Position numbers and translations under genes: made by a program
The notes under the pieces: generated by a model
What the model was told of the DNA's origin: nothing
Databases searched by the model: none
What the model saw: only the letters and a program-made list of their open reading frames with translations
Shown here: one piece after another, positions 11,670 to 21,631 of the stretch
How positions within the stretch are numbered: position 1 is the stretch's first letter
Layout of the letters: every line of letters starts with the position of its first letter
Assembly (NCBI GenBank): GCA_038858525.1
Contig: JAWCFL010000003.1
Coordinates: 86,088-118,087, forward strand
Reading direction: 5' to 3'
Source of the DNA: Candidatus Jordarchaeales archaeon
GTDB taxonomy: Archaea; Asgardarchaeota; Jordiarchaeia; Jordiarchaeales; Freyrarchaeaceae
DNA length: 32,000 bases

Positions 11670-11686
11670 AGGCTGCCGCCGGGAAA
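11670..11686 (+). other. tRNA intron 1 (17 nt, position 15/16, D-loop)
   Basis: BHB-like: central helix GCUC/GGGA (3 of 4 pairs), 3-nt bulges AG|A and AA|C, inner helix GGC-UGCC-GCC, outer UA/UA. Confidence 0.7.
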
Positions 11687-11694
11687 CTAGGTAG

Positions 11695-11716
11695 AGCTCC
11701 AAAGGAGCTCGCCTAA
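11695..11716 (+). other. tRNA intron 2 (22 nt, most likely position 22/23, D-stem)
   Basis: Central helix AGGU/GCCU (4 pairs incl. G-U), bulges AG|A and AA|A, inner hairpin GCUCC-AAA-GGAGC; junction can slide 1-2 nt without changing the mature sequence. Confidence 0.65.
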
Positions 11717-11724
11717 AGCGCCGG

Positions 11725-11740
11725 ACTAAATATGGGTGAA
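11725..11740 (+). other. tRNA intron 3 (16 nt, position 30/31, anticodon stem)
   Basis: Central helix CGCC/GGUG, bulges GG|A and AA|G, outer helix AAAG/CUUU; removal restores CCGGG/CCCGG stem. Confidence 0.75.
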
Positions 11741-11966
11741 GCTTTTAACCCGGCGGCCGCGGGTTCGAATCCCGCCCAGCCCGCTAATCTCCTTCTACGT
11801 TCTAAGTGAATGACCGCTTGTTTTGAGAGTGGAATCACATTATAGGCCCTTTGAGTGTTTTAGGAGGAGAAAAGAAAAAAAGATATATAGGAAGGAACGT
11901 TTTATTGACCGCATTTCCGGAAGGAGCTTTCTTACTTAAGTGTTCGTGGTGAAGAGGGGCTACGTT

Positions 11967-12434
11967 ATGCGAGACGGGGAAGTTGATGAGATTGACAGGA
12001 AAATTCTTTCGATTCTTCTTGATGATGGAAGAAAGAGTTTTAACGAGATTTCATTGATGGTTGGGGTTAGCACAGGGACTGTGGCGAATAGAGTTAGGAA
12101 GCTTATAGAGAGGGGGGTTATTAAGAGGTTTACCGTTGAACTGGATTGGAGGAAACTTGGTTTTGATGTTTTCGCCATTATTCTTATAGAAGCTGAGATC
12201 GGGAAAGTTAAGGATGTTTCTGAGGAGCTTTATTCTTATCCTGAAGTTGGTGAGGTATATACGGGTATTGGGGGGACGCCTCACATAGTAGCTTTTGTTA
12301 GAGCAAGTGAGGTTAATGATCTTTTTTCATTCATGCAGAATAAAGTAGCTGTGCTTGAAGGAATTAAGAGTGTCCGCTCAGTAATAGTTGGTGAAAGTAG
12401 GAAAAATAAGTCGAGCTTAGATTATTCCTTCTAA
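11967..12434 (+). CDS. Lrp/AsnC family transcriptional regulator
   Basis: [52 protein letters not shown] plus AsnC/RAM C-domain; ATG at 11967 preferred to GTG 11940; 18-bp convergent overlap with rpoB. Confidence 0.92.
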   Translation: MRDGEVDEIDRKILSILLDDGRKSFNEISLMVGVSTGTVANRVRKLIERGVIKRFTVELDWRKLGFDVFAIILIEAEIGKVKDVSEELYSYPEVGEVYTGIGGTPHIVAFVRASEVNDLFSFMQNKVAVLEGIKSVRSVIVGESRKNKSSLDYSF

Positions 12435-15400
12435 CTTTATCCTTGGGAAGATGCACATTGACATCAGTTCTTGAACGAGTAGTTTGAATGCATAACTTAC
12501 CACTGTTTTCGAGATGCGAGCCTTTTCGCCGCAAATTGGGCAGTATAGTTTTCTGTTTTGCGCTTGGACTGCTAGTGCACCGCACTCTTCGCAAATGTAA
12601 ATTTCTGTTCTGTCGGACTCGTCTACGAGTTTTTCTTTGAGTAGTAAGGCTGCACCCATTCCTATTAGGCAGTCGCGTTCCATCTCTCCGAACCTTAATC
12701 CGCCTTCTCTCGCTCTGCCTTCTGTTGGTTGTCTGGTTAGGATCTGTATTGGTCCTCTTGAGCGGGAGTGCATTTTGTCTGCTACCATGTGGTGTAATTT
12801 CTGGTAATAGACGACACCTATGAATATGTCTACCTCGTACTTTTCACCTGTAACGCCGTTATACATAACCTCTTTTCCGTTATACTTAAAACCTAGATTT
12901 TTAAGTTCTTGGCATAGGTCTTCTGGCTTTTCGCCGCAAAACGCGGTTCCATCTATTTTTCTTCCTGCTAGGCAGCCAACTTTTCCAGCGAGAGATTCTA
13001 TTATTTGTCCCAAGGTCATTCTTGACGGGAACGCGTGGGGGTTTATTATGAGGTCAGGGACTATGCCATCCTCGGTGAATGGCATGTCTTCTTGCGGAAC
13101 GATCATTCCTATTACTCCTTTTTGCCCGTGTCTTGTTGCAAACTTGTCTCCCAGTTCAGGTATTCTTTGGTCTCGGATCTTAACTTTTACAAGACGGTTT
13201 CCGTCTATGGTTTCCGTGAGTATTACGGTATCTACCGTACCTTTTTCTCCATGTCTTATGTTTATCGAAGTTTCTCTTCTTATTGGAGCTGTAACTTCGA
13301 ATTCCGCTCTTTCCTCGAGAAATCTTGGCGGGCTTGTTCTGCCAATTATCACTTCGCCTCCCTCTACTTCTGTTTCAGGTTCAACTATGCCGTCTTCAGA
13401 GAGGTGCCTGTAAACTTCAGACTGCCTGTGCCCTCTAACTTTTTGATCGGGTATTTCAAACTTGTCCTCTTGTCCTCCGGGATATTTCCTTTCTTCTGCT
13501 TCGTAGCACCTGAAGAAGAAGGAGCGGCCGATGCCACGCTCTATTGATGCTTTATTTATTATTAACGCATCTTCGATGTTATATCCTTCATAAGATAATA
13601 CAGCAACTATGAAGTTTTGCCCTGCAGGTCTTTTCTCGAAGCCGGATACCTTAGTAACTTTGGTGGTAACTATTGGGAGCTGAGGATAGTGAAGAATATG
13701 TGACCTTGTGTCCATTCGAAGTTTGTAGTTTGAAGCGAAGAGCCCTAGAGCTTGCTTGGCCATTCCCGCTTCGTAAGTGTTCCTTGGGCTTTGATTGTGT
13801 TCAGCGTAAGGTATTATTCCGGCGGAGATGCCTAGAATAGTTATTGGCGCAATCTCCAAGTGAGTGGTTTCTTCATCGATGTCTTCTGGGTTTAAAGCAA
13901 CATATACGTTCTCTTCTTCTTCTGCGTCGAGATATTCGACTATTCCTCTCCTAACTAAATCTGTAAATGACCATTCTCTTCTTCTTAGTTTCTCCACATG
14001 CTCCGATTTAAGCTTTGGAGCTCCATTTTCAACGATTATATATGGACGCCTAACGCGTCCTGCATCGCAATTGATCTGGACCTCGTTAGAGTCGTCGTAA
14101 TATGCTATGTTTACTTCATTATTAATTACGCCTGACCTTCGGAGTTCTCTAACGCGTTTTACAAATGTTTCCGGATTATCGTGGAAACCTATTAACCTAC
14201 CATTTAGAAATACCTTGGCACCTTCGACGCCAGCTATTTTGCCGAACTCTTCTATGGGATGGAGGCCGAGTTCTACCAGTTTATTTTCAACTTCACTTTC
14301 GTCTATTCCCACGGATATGTAAGCTAGTAAAGCAAGGTTTTTCACGAGGCCACAGTTGGGTCCTTCAGGTGTTTCATTAGGGCATACTTTACCCCAGTGA
14401 GTTGGGTGTAAGTCTCGGGCTTCAAAGTGTGGCTGACTGCGACTTAGTGGAGAGGTAACACGTCTAAGGTGGCTTAGGGATGCCATATAGTTTGTTCTGT
14501 CTAGGAGCTGGCTTACACCGGATTTCCCACCCACCCAGTTTCCAGTAGCGAGTGCATGGTAGAATCTGTCAGTTATTACGTCAGCGCGCACCGCGTTGGC
14601 TATGCTACGCCGTTTTCCTCTTGCCGCTATCCTTTCTAGTTGGTATTTTATGTCTTTGCACAGGTTTAGGAATGCAACTCTAAACAGGCTCAACAGTAAG
14701 CTGCCCGCTAACTTAAGGCGCTTATTAGCATAGTGGTCTTTATCGTCGGGTCCTCTTTTCTTTAATGCGAGTTCTATAAGGCGCTGGGCCATCTGACCCA
14801 AATAAAACGCCTTTTTTAAGCGGAATTCAGGCTCTGTTCCTATGTGGGGTAACAAGTACTTATCTAGAACTTGCTCTGCACGCTTGATTCTGTAGTCTCT
14901 AGTCTGGCCAACTGCAACTCGCTTTCCTATGTAATCAAGAGCATCCTCCCTTGTGGATAATGGCGAGGCTTCATCTATTGAAAGTATGAACTCGTTGAGT
15001 ATTTCCGGGTCACTAGAATCAATAGTGCTTGCCACTTGCTGATCCGTTACTAATCCAAGAGCACGTATTAAAACAACGAGAGGTATTTTCCCGGGAACTG
15101 AGGGGAAGGATACTTTTATGGTTCCGTCCCGCCTTCGTTCCATTGTTACTGGCGCCCTGAAACCTCTAGCAGTACTAAAAACCTTAGCTATGTGAGTTAC
15201 GGGTCCACTTTTATCTAGCTCCTCGACGAGAATCCTATTTGGAGCTAGGTCTTCTTGTGTGACGAGAACCCTTTCTGACCCGTTTATTATGAAGTATCCT
15301 CCAGGGTCATCTGGGTCTTCGCCTATTTCGACTAATTCTTCTCTACTCATATTTGAGAGAGGACATTTTACTGATTTTAGCATAATTGGTAATTGGCCTA

Positions 15401-15761
15401 TGTAGACTTGAACAGGCTCTTCTTCTATTTCTCTTCCGTCTCCTTTGTGTACTAAAGACATTTCTAAGTATATTGGGGCGGAGTATGTGAGATTTCTTAT
15501 TCTTGCCTCAGCGGGGGTTATAGGGTTTCGTGATCCATCAGCTTCCTTTATGGCGGGCTGTCCTACCTCTATTTTCCCCAATTTTACGTAATAATTTTCG
15601 CCTTCAATCTCTATTTTGCCTACTTCGTCCACTACGGATTGCATACCATGTTCTATAAAGTCATTGTATGAGTCAAGGTGTTGACGAACCAAGCCTTTTT
15701 CTTCGAGGAATGCTTCAACTACAGTCCATCTTTCCTCGATAGTTAAGTGGTGATCAGACAT
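12417..15761 (-). CDS. rpoB: DNA-directed RNA polymerase subunit B (Rpo2, unsplit)
   Basis: [91 protein letters not shown]-terminal CEECG...CPICG; ATG 15761 (MSDHH...) gives 1114 aa, behind GGGTGG SD. Confidence 0.98.
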   Translation of the reverse strand: MSDHHLTIEERWTVVEAFLEEKGLVRQHLDSYNDFIEHGMQSVVDEVGKIEIEGENYYVKLGKIEVGQPAIKEADGSRNPITPAEARIRNLTYSAPIYLEMSLVHKGDGREIEEEPVQVYIGQLPIMLKSVKCPLSNMSREELVEIGEDPDDPGGYFIINGSERVLVTQEDLAPNRILVEELDKSGPVTHIAKVFSTARGFRAPVTMERRRDGTIKVSFPSVPGKIPLVVLIRALGLVTDQQVASTIDSSDPEILNEFILSIDEASPLSTREDALDYIGKRVAVGQTRDYRIKRAEQVLDKYLLPHIGTEPEFRLKKAFYLGQMAQRLIELALKKRGPDDKDHYANKRLKLAGSLLLSLFRVAFLNLCKDIKYQLERIAARGKRRSIANAVRADVITDRFYHALATGNWVGGKSGVSQLLDRTNYMASLSHLRRVTSPLSRSQPHFEARDLHPTHWGKVCPNETPEGPNCGLVKNLALLAYISVGIDESEVENKLVELGLHPIEEFGKIAGVEGAKVFLNGRLIGFHDNPETFVKRVRELRRSGVINNEVNIAYYDDSNEVQINCDAGRVRRPYIIVENGAPKLKSEHVEKLRRREWSFTDLVRRGIVEYLDAEEEENVYVALNPEDIDEETTHLEIAPITILGISAGIIPYAEHNQSPRNTYEAGMAKQALGLFASNYKLRMDTRSHILHYPQLPIVTTKVTKVSGFEKRPAGQNFIVAVLSYEGYNIEDALIINKASIERGIGRSFFFRCYEAEERKYPGGQEDKFEIPDQKVRGHRQSEVYRHLSEDGIVEPETEVEGGEVIIGRTSPPRFLEERAEFEVTAPIRRETSINIRHGEKGTVDTVILTETIDGNRLVKVKIRDQRIPELGDKFATRHGQKGVIGMIVPQEDMPFTEDGIVPDLIINPHAFPSRMTLGQIIESLAGKVGCLAGRKIDGTAFCGEKPEDLCQELKNLGFKYNGKEVMYNGVTGEKYEVDIFIGVVYYQKLHHMVADKMHSRSRGPIQILTRQPTEGRAREGGLRFGEMERDCLIGMGAALLLKEKLVDESDRTEIYICEECGALAVQAQNRKLYCPICGEKARISKTVVSYAFKLLVQELMSMCIFPRIKLEGII

Positions 15762-15935
15762 GAAAACCACCCTTATTTTTCTAAGATTTAGGGGAACATA
15801 GCTACAATAATTTGTATGTAGGTAAGCTTTTAACGTCTCTTCTTCGAAGATGAAGCTAGGGAAAAAGGAGTATTGAAGAAGTATAAAATCTTTTTGGGAC
15901 AATAGTCTTAAGTGGAGTGGATGGTAAGGAAGGAT

Positions 15936-16400
<465 letters not shown>

Positions 16401-16577
16401 TTATATAACCCCATCAGTCAAACACTCTACTATATCTTAACTCATGAGGTTATTTAAACAGTTCGAATGATCCATTATATGTCTAATTGACTTTTCCTTT
16501 AAACTGCAATCTGGTGGAGTTTAAAAAGGGACGCGGAAAGAGAGTAGTAGAACTAATTTAGGAAAAAGGAATGAAGA

Positions 16578-18197
16578 ATGACTTTCTGGAAGAATTCCGG
16601 TTTTATTGAAAACTTTGGAGGAATTAAAGGGATAATTGATGAGTTTAATGGGAAAGGGGATAATACGACTGTGGTGGATGAGTATGAAGTAGGCCCATAC
16701 AGAGTTCGCATACTTTGCCTAGAAGGAGGAGAATTTAAGTATGTAGCTGAGGATGTTTTACTTGAGTCTTTTGGAAGAAGAATTATTGACCAAGTCGCAC
16801 GCGATGTTTCGGCGGTTCCTTTTAAAGTTGGGGTTCACAAGCTCGACGACATAATTTTTTCTGTTAAAGAAGCCGCTATTAAAGTGATTTCAAGATATTT
16901 TAAGTTGTCTTACGATGAAGTCGAGAGAATGGCTGAAAGTGCTACTTTCAATTGCATTGGGTTAGCTTCTATAGCTCCTTTTCTCTTGGACGATAAAGTG
17001 GAGGAAGTTTACTTTGATGGGAGAAATAGAAGCGCGTATCTAGATCATAGGGATTGGGGGAGGTGCATCACTGATGTGGTTCTTTCAGACGAGGAAGTTG
17101 AGCGTATTCTTTCAAGAATAAGACTTGAAAGCGGATTTCAGTTGGATGATGCAAATCCTTCTTTGAAAACGGAAGTGATCACTAGAAAGTTTCGTGTTAG
17201 AGTTTTGGCGACGACGACACCTTTAGCAGCGGAAGGTTTCATGATCAACTTTAGAAGAATGAGAGATGAGCCGTATACCATACCCGAGTTAATCTTTAAC
17301 GGAACAATATCCGCTAAAGCGGCGGCCTACCTTCTTTTCCTCATTCTGAGGAGGTTTAACATATGCGTTGTTGGGGAGCCAAAAACTGGAAAAACAACGC
17401 TTATTAATGCACTTGACATATTGGTTCCCTTAAGTTGGAGAAGAATTTACATTGAGGATGCTGTCGAGAGCCTTGCACTTCATAATTACGGCGCACATCA
17501 GGCTAAAGTCAAAGTGAAACCTCCAGAAGAAGGAGGGGAAAGAGAGAAAGCCAAAGAGATCACGCAACTTCTTCACCGCTCTCCTGATTGGGTTTATTTA
17601 GGAGAGATCAGAAGCGTAGAAGACAGCCAAGCGATGTTTCACGCTCTTACTTCAGGACTTGTTGGGCTTCAAACGTGCCATGGAAAGTCAGTAGAGGACG
17701 TGATTCTACGCTGGGTTATTCATCACAAAATTCCACCAGCTAGCCTTAAAAGTCTAGATGTGATAGTTGAGGTTAAACGTTACTTAACTCTTTACGGAGG
17801 AGTTAAGCGTAGGGTTGTAAGAATTACGGAAGCATGTGATGATCCAGACTTATTTTTCGACCTTGAAACAATTTTCTCGAAGAATGCATTTATTAGCACA
17901 TTCGTATGGGATCCCAAGCTGGAGACGCTACAGCTCACTACTTGTTTAACAGAGACGCCAAGTTTTAAGAAGACTTGCGAGATTTACGGCTTAGATGAAA
18001 ATGAAGTTTTAAACGAGATAGAAACTTATGAAGAGATTTTAAGGAGAATGTCTGAAAAACGGCTTTTCAATGTTAGGGACAACATCATTGTGATAAATCG
18101 CCTTTATAAGCTTCTTGAAAATAAAAAGAGGGAGTGTAATAAGTGGACAAAGATAAAAGAAGAAGTAGTGAAGTTTATAGAGGAAAGAGCTGGATAG
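16578..18197 (+). CDS. Type II/IV secretion (CpaF/TadA/VirB11-like) ATPase
   Basis: Walker A GEPKTGKTT, Asp box YIEDAVE, Walker B SPDWVYLGEIR, His box QTCHG, INFRR and TIPELI segments. Confidence 0.88.
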   Translation: MTFWKNSGFIENFGGIKGIIDEFNGKGDNTTVVDEYEVGPYRVRILCLEGGEFKYVAEDVLLESFGRRIIDQVARDVSAVPFKVGVHKLDDIIFSVKEAAIKVISRYFKLSYDEVERMAESATFNCIGLASIAPFLLDDKVEEVYFDGRNRSAYLDHRDWGRCITDVVLSDEEVERILSRIRLESGFQLDDANPSLKTEVITRKFRVRVLATTTPLAAEGFMINFRRMRDEPYTIPELIFNGTISAKAAAYLLFLILRRFNICVVGEPKTGKTTLINALDILVPLSWRRIYIEDAVESLALHNYGAHQAKVKVKPPEEGGEREKAKEITQLLHRSPDWVYLGEIRSVEDSQAMFHALTSGLVGLQTCHGKSVEDVILRWVIHHKIPPASLKSLDVIVEVKRYLTLYGGVKRRVVRITEACDDPDLFFDLETIFSKNAFISTFVWDPKLETLQLTTCLTETPSFKKTCEIYGLDENEVLNEIETYEEILRRMSEKRLFNVRDNIIVINRLYKLLENKKRECNKWTKIKEEVVKFIEERAG

Positions 18198-18997
18198 TCA
18201 ATTTGTGCAAGAGTTTATCTACTTGCATTCCATCTCAGGTGAAAAGAAAACTTAAAGGAAAAGTTACGGAGGACGTTAAGCTAGTCTTAGAAAGATACCA
18301 AATTAGCGAGGGGGAACTTTACGGTGGAAGTTTAGCTCTCGGTCTTGTTTTAAGTGTAATAGCTTTTCTCTGCATACTCATAATAGGGGGGGATTACATA
18401 CTCGCAATGACAGTTCTAGCCGTTACATTCATGATCTCGTCTAACCTGCCCATCATTATCTTTTTACGAGAGGCACGTCAGTTAAGAACAGCTTATCTTT
18501 CCTATGCAGACATAATCCTTGAGATTTTCTTGTTTTCAAAGATAGCAACAGGAGACGTTTACGATGCACTTGTATCAGTAGCTAACCTTGAGGAAGACGC
18601 GGTTTCTCCTTATTTCAAGGGAATACTAAAGAAAGTTTTATTGGAGGGGGAGAATACTGAGAAAGCCGTAATAAACTTTGTACATGGCAGCCCTTTCGAG
18701 GCGCTCGAAAAACATGTTTCTGTAATATTTAAGTCAAGTTCATTACATGAAGGTTGGCGTCAAGCAATAAGGGAAGCCAGAAAGGAGATCAGAGAGGATT
18801 ATCAGAGGTATACGTTAGAACTTGAAAGCAGAATCGTGATGATAGTTGGAGTGTCTATGTTTTTACCACTTCTCATAACTGTATGGCTTATTGCTCCAAA
18901 CAGTGAGGGTTTGCTCTACATGATATTACCACTCCAATCAGGTAGCGCTGCAATTTTAAGCAGACTTCTCTTAAACTCAAGGCAAAATATCTTCTAA
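18143..18997 (+). CDS. TadC/GspF-like inner-membrane platform protein
   Basis: Two N-terminal TM helices, cytoplasmic helical domain, two C-terminal TM helices; directly follows the ATPase; start uncertain (55-bp overlap). Confidence 0.6.
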   Translation: MDKDKRRSSEVYRGKSWIVNLCKSLSTCIPSQVKRKLKGKVTEDVKLVLERYQISEGELYGGSLALGLVLSVIAFLCILIIGGDYILAMTVLAVTFMISSNLPIIIFLREARQLRTAYLSYADIILEIFLFSKIATGDVYDALVSVANLEEDAVSPYFKGILKKVLLEGENTEKAVINFVHGSPFEALEKHVSVIFKSSSLHEGWRQAIREARKEIREDYQRYTLELESRIVMIVGVSMFLPLLITVWLIAPNSEGLLYMILPLQSGSAAILSRLLLNSRQNIF

Positions 18998-19388
18998 AAA
19001 CACCCAAAAAGAAGTTTGCTTCGGTTTCTGAAGAAAACTACAATTTTTATCTTCGATGTAATATGTGACGACGAGAAGCTTATGTTTCCCGGGGTGTTAG
19101 TAACTAAGGCTTAGGTGAAGAAGCCATGTTCACCTATTAAAACAATGAATCTAAGAAAGATTGTTAACTAGACGCTGATTAATAGGCTTTCATTTTAACA
19201 GGTTCTTCTCAACAAACTCTTTATGAGCAAAAAAGGAGCATGATTAATTAAAAAATAAGAGCAGCTAGCAACAATTAGGTGATTTTTTTATGAATTATGC
19301 TCATTGGTGAGTGATCGTAAGTCTCGAAGAGAATATTTTTATCGAGAATGAAATCGGAATCATAGTAAAACTGAAGGGGGAGAGAAAA

Positions 19389-20193
19389 ATGGTTAAAAGG
19401 AAACACGGGGCGAAGAGTAAAGAGGATGAAAAAAGCCCTAATTTTCTCGGGTTATTAATAGCTTACCTGTTGTCAGCATCTATAGTAGGAATAGTGCCAA
19501 TCATAGTTCTAGTTTACGTTCTGATGGAGGTCATTAAGTTACCATTGTTCTTGCTAGTAGCTTTAGCGCCTGCATACTATGTTGCTGCAAGATGGATTTT
19601 CAATTTGACGCTGTTGTTCATGGCAAGCCGCTCGATACGGCCGGTAGAGGAGGGGGTACATGAAATGGACATAAAGAACCCAAATGTGGTTAACTGGCTT
19701 CGTAATGGAATAGTAACGTGCCTTGCACTCCACTACATAGGGTTCGAGCCGGTGTAGAGCGTTCTACACTGGGAATAAACCGTTTGGCATGCCGGGACTT
19801 GGAGCTTTAGTGCTGAGGCGACTTGGGGCAAAAATGGGGCAGGGTGCTATAGCGTCATTTGTAGCGGATCCATACATGATAGAGATGGGAGATGGTTCTA
19901 TGGCTGGCGGCGGATCCATAATTTCGGGGCATATTTTTGACAGGGGAAAACTGCGTGTAGGGAAAATTAAAATAGGGAAAAACGTGGTAATAGGAGGAAA
20001 CAGCGTAGTGTTTCCAGACGTGGAGATAGGGGACAACTCTGTCGTAGGAGCATTGTCTCTGGTGACATCGGGTACGAGAATACCGCCTAATCAAGTTTGG
20101 GCGGGTATACCTGCAAGACCGATGATGACCATAGACGGGAAGCCTTTAAGAGAAGAAAAAGATAAAAATAGCGAAGCGGGTGGCCTCAGTTAG
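19389..20193 (+). pseudogene. Membrane-anchored hexapeptide-repeat (LbH) acyltransferase split by a +1 frameshift at about 19755
   Basis: ORF1 (TM helices) stops at TAG 19755-19757; the frame open from 19741 continues into RRLGAKMGQGA...IKIGKNVVIGGNSVVFPDVEIGDNSVVGALSLV...VWAGIPA; deleting T19755 gives one 267-aa ORF. Confidence 0.7.
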
Positions 20194-20939
20194 TGCATTA
20201 AACCGGGAAAGTAATATTTTTCTCCATACGCATAACTTTCTTCTTTTCTGGCAATACCGCTTTCCTCTAAAGCTTTTAATGCACGTTCAGCCCTTTCTTT
20301 CGACCACCCAGTTTTCACCATTAATTCTTCCAACGTAATAGATCCTTTTCCACTGACTAAGCCTAATACTTCATTCTGGTCGTCATTCAACTCGGCTGGA
20401 ATAAAGACTGCAATTTCGACGCCCGACTTAAGCCGCAACAAACCAGGGATCACTCGTTTTTTCTCTAACTCCTTAAGAGCGCGCCTGACATCGTCCATCT
20501 TGACTTTATCTTTTAACCTGCCTGTGCTTGCTAAAAGGTAAACCTCTCCAAGAGATAGAACTCCGCCTGTCTCCTTACGCTTAAAGAGCGCACGTTGATA
20601 GATCAGCAAACCAAGTTTTTCATGATCCACACTTTCAGATAGGCCAAACATCTTCCTCTTTAATACATCTTCTTCTTTTACTACTTGAGTTATGACTGCT
20701 TCTGCAGGTATCCCATACTTTTCTCTTAAAAATTCTACTTCGCTTCGGAATTTAGGACTAGTTGCTATAATAACGCCGTATTTTTCGGCGATGTCGGCTA
20801 TTTTCTCTTTGACAACCATAGCGGTTTCGAGCTCCTTCTCTAGCTCCTCTAGCTTCAACTCTGCAGCTTTTTTTTCCATGCTCCTCTTCTTTTCTATTCT
20901 CTCACGTATCTCGCGAAGACCCAAACAGACCCCCCTCAT
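20190..20939 (-). CDS. vps22: ESCRT-II Vps22/SNF8 (EAP30)-like tandem winged-helix protein
   Basis: N-terminal LGLREIRERIEKKR basic helix, IATSPKFRSEV...KYGI, GGVLSLGEV, two winged helices, C-terminal YYFPGL; resembles the SNF8/Vps22 pattern; ATGA-coupled to vps28. Confidence 0.8.
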   Translation of the reverse strand: MRGVCLGLREIRERIEKKRSMEKKAAELKLEELEKELETAMVVKEKIADIAEKYGVIIATSPKFRSEVEFLREKYGIPAEAVITQVVKEEDVLKRKMFGLSESVDHEKLGLLIYQRALFKRKETGGVLSLGEVYLLASTGRLKDKVKMDDVRRALKELEKKRVIPGLLRLKSGVEIAVFIPAELNDDQNEVLGLVSGKGSITLEELMVKTGWSKERAERALKALEESGIARKEESYAYGEKYYFPGLMH

Positions 20940-21604
20940 ATGTTTAAGTCTTTAAGACGCTGCTTAAAATCACGATACCATCGATAAGCTTCATACTCCA
21001 TTTTCTTTGCATCCTCTTGCTCGAGTATCATATCTGGGGGCAAATCATTTAGCTTATCTCTCCATTTACTTGCTTCCTTGTAAACCCAGTAATCCCTTCC
21101 TTCCAAACCAGGAAAGTTTTCGAGTTGAAGGAGTAATTCATCTAAAATAGGGACAACTATATCTACCCTAGCGTAGTCTTTTAGTTGCAGGGAATCGATT
21201 AAAGTTATTAAATTCGATATAATCTCAGCAGTTCTTGAAGCAAGTGATGAAGGAGAAACTTTAAGGGCTTCTATTGGAATTTCATCTTCAGATCTAACCG
21301 TAACACCATCAGAGGCCGCTAAACGAAGTTTAGCGGAAGCACGAGGATATTTTTCAAGTATTTGATTTTCTTCAAGAAACTTTTTTAAGTCAAAGCCTTT
21401 TTCCTCAAGTTTGGAACGTATGCTTACAATGCGTTTAATATGCCATTCTAGCTGTTTCTGATACGTGCTCGCATCAATTATCCCGCTTTCATAACTATTA
21501 CTCAGCATATTCAACGTGGCTATGCATCCATAAAGCTCCCCCTCAAGCTGAAGACGCGAATCTTCAGGCTTCTGCCGCTGTTTCACCCTTTCAACAGAAC
21601 TCAT
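20936..21604 (-). CDS. vps28: ESCRT-I Vps28-like protein (N-terminal hairpin plus C-terminal four-helix bundle)
   Basis: ELYGCIATLNMLSNSYESGIIDASTY, LKKFLEE...YPRASAKL, AEIISNLITLIDSLQL...VDIVVPILDEL, KWRDKLNDL...YRDFKQRL parallel eukaryotic Vps28; ATG 21604 behind GGAGG (track start 21622). Confidence 0.82.
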   Translation of the reverse strand: MSSVERVKQRQKPEDSRLQLEGELYGCIATLNMLSNSYESGIIDASTYQKQLEWHIKRIVSIRSKLEEKGFDLKKFLEENQILEKYPRASAKLRLAASDGVTVRSEDEIPIEALKVSPSSLASRTAEIISNLITLIDSLQLKDYARVDIVVPILDELLLQLENFPGLEGRDYWVYKEASKWRDKLNDLPPDMILEQEDAKKMEYEAYRWYRDFKQRLKDLNI

Positions 21605-21631
21605 CCAAACGCCTCCAGACATTATTATGAA

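Larger units (their letters stand above)
11655..11783 (+). tRNA. tRNA-Lys(UUU) interrupted by three introns; CCA not encoded
   Basis: Acceptor GGGCTGG/CCAGCCC, T-arm GCGGG-TTCGAAT-CCCGC; removing 11670-11686, 11695-11716 and 11725-11740 gives a canonical 74-nt cloverleaf with D-stem GCTC/GAGC and anticodon arm CCGGG-CTTTTAA-CCCGG. Confidence 0.85.

Noticed and set aside
11721-11753. Reading the tRNA as Phe(AAA) with a canonical 37/38 intron (CCGGA-CT-AAA-TA...)
   Set aside because: It gives an A31:C39 mismatch, a pyrimidine at 37 and an A34 anticodon that archaea do not normally use; the Lys(UUU) reading restores a perfect stem and BHB geometry
11784-11960. Integrated element (att site) at the tRNA 3' end
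   Set aside because: No duplicate of the tRNA 3' end and no integrase in the window
15762-15902. 47-aa N-terminal extension of RpoB, or a hidden rpoH upstream
   Set aside because: The extension is not protein-like and an SD precedes ATG 15761; the gap is too short and has no RpoH-like frame
19755-19757. Pyrrolysine/amber readthrough of the TAG in the split acyltransferase
   Set aside because: The same frame stops again six codons later (TAA); the continuation is in the +1 frame
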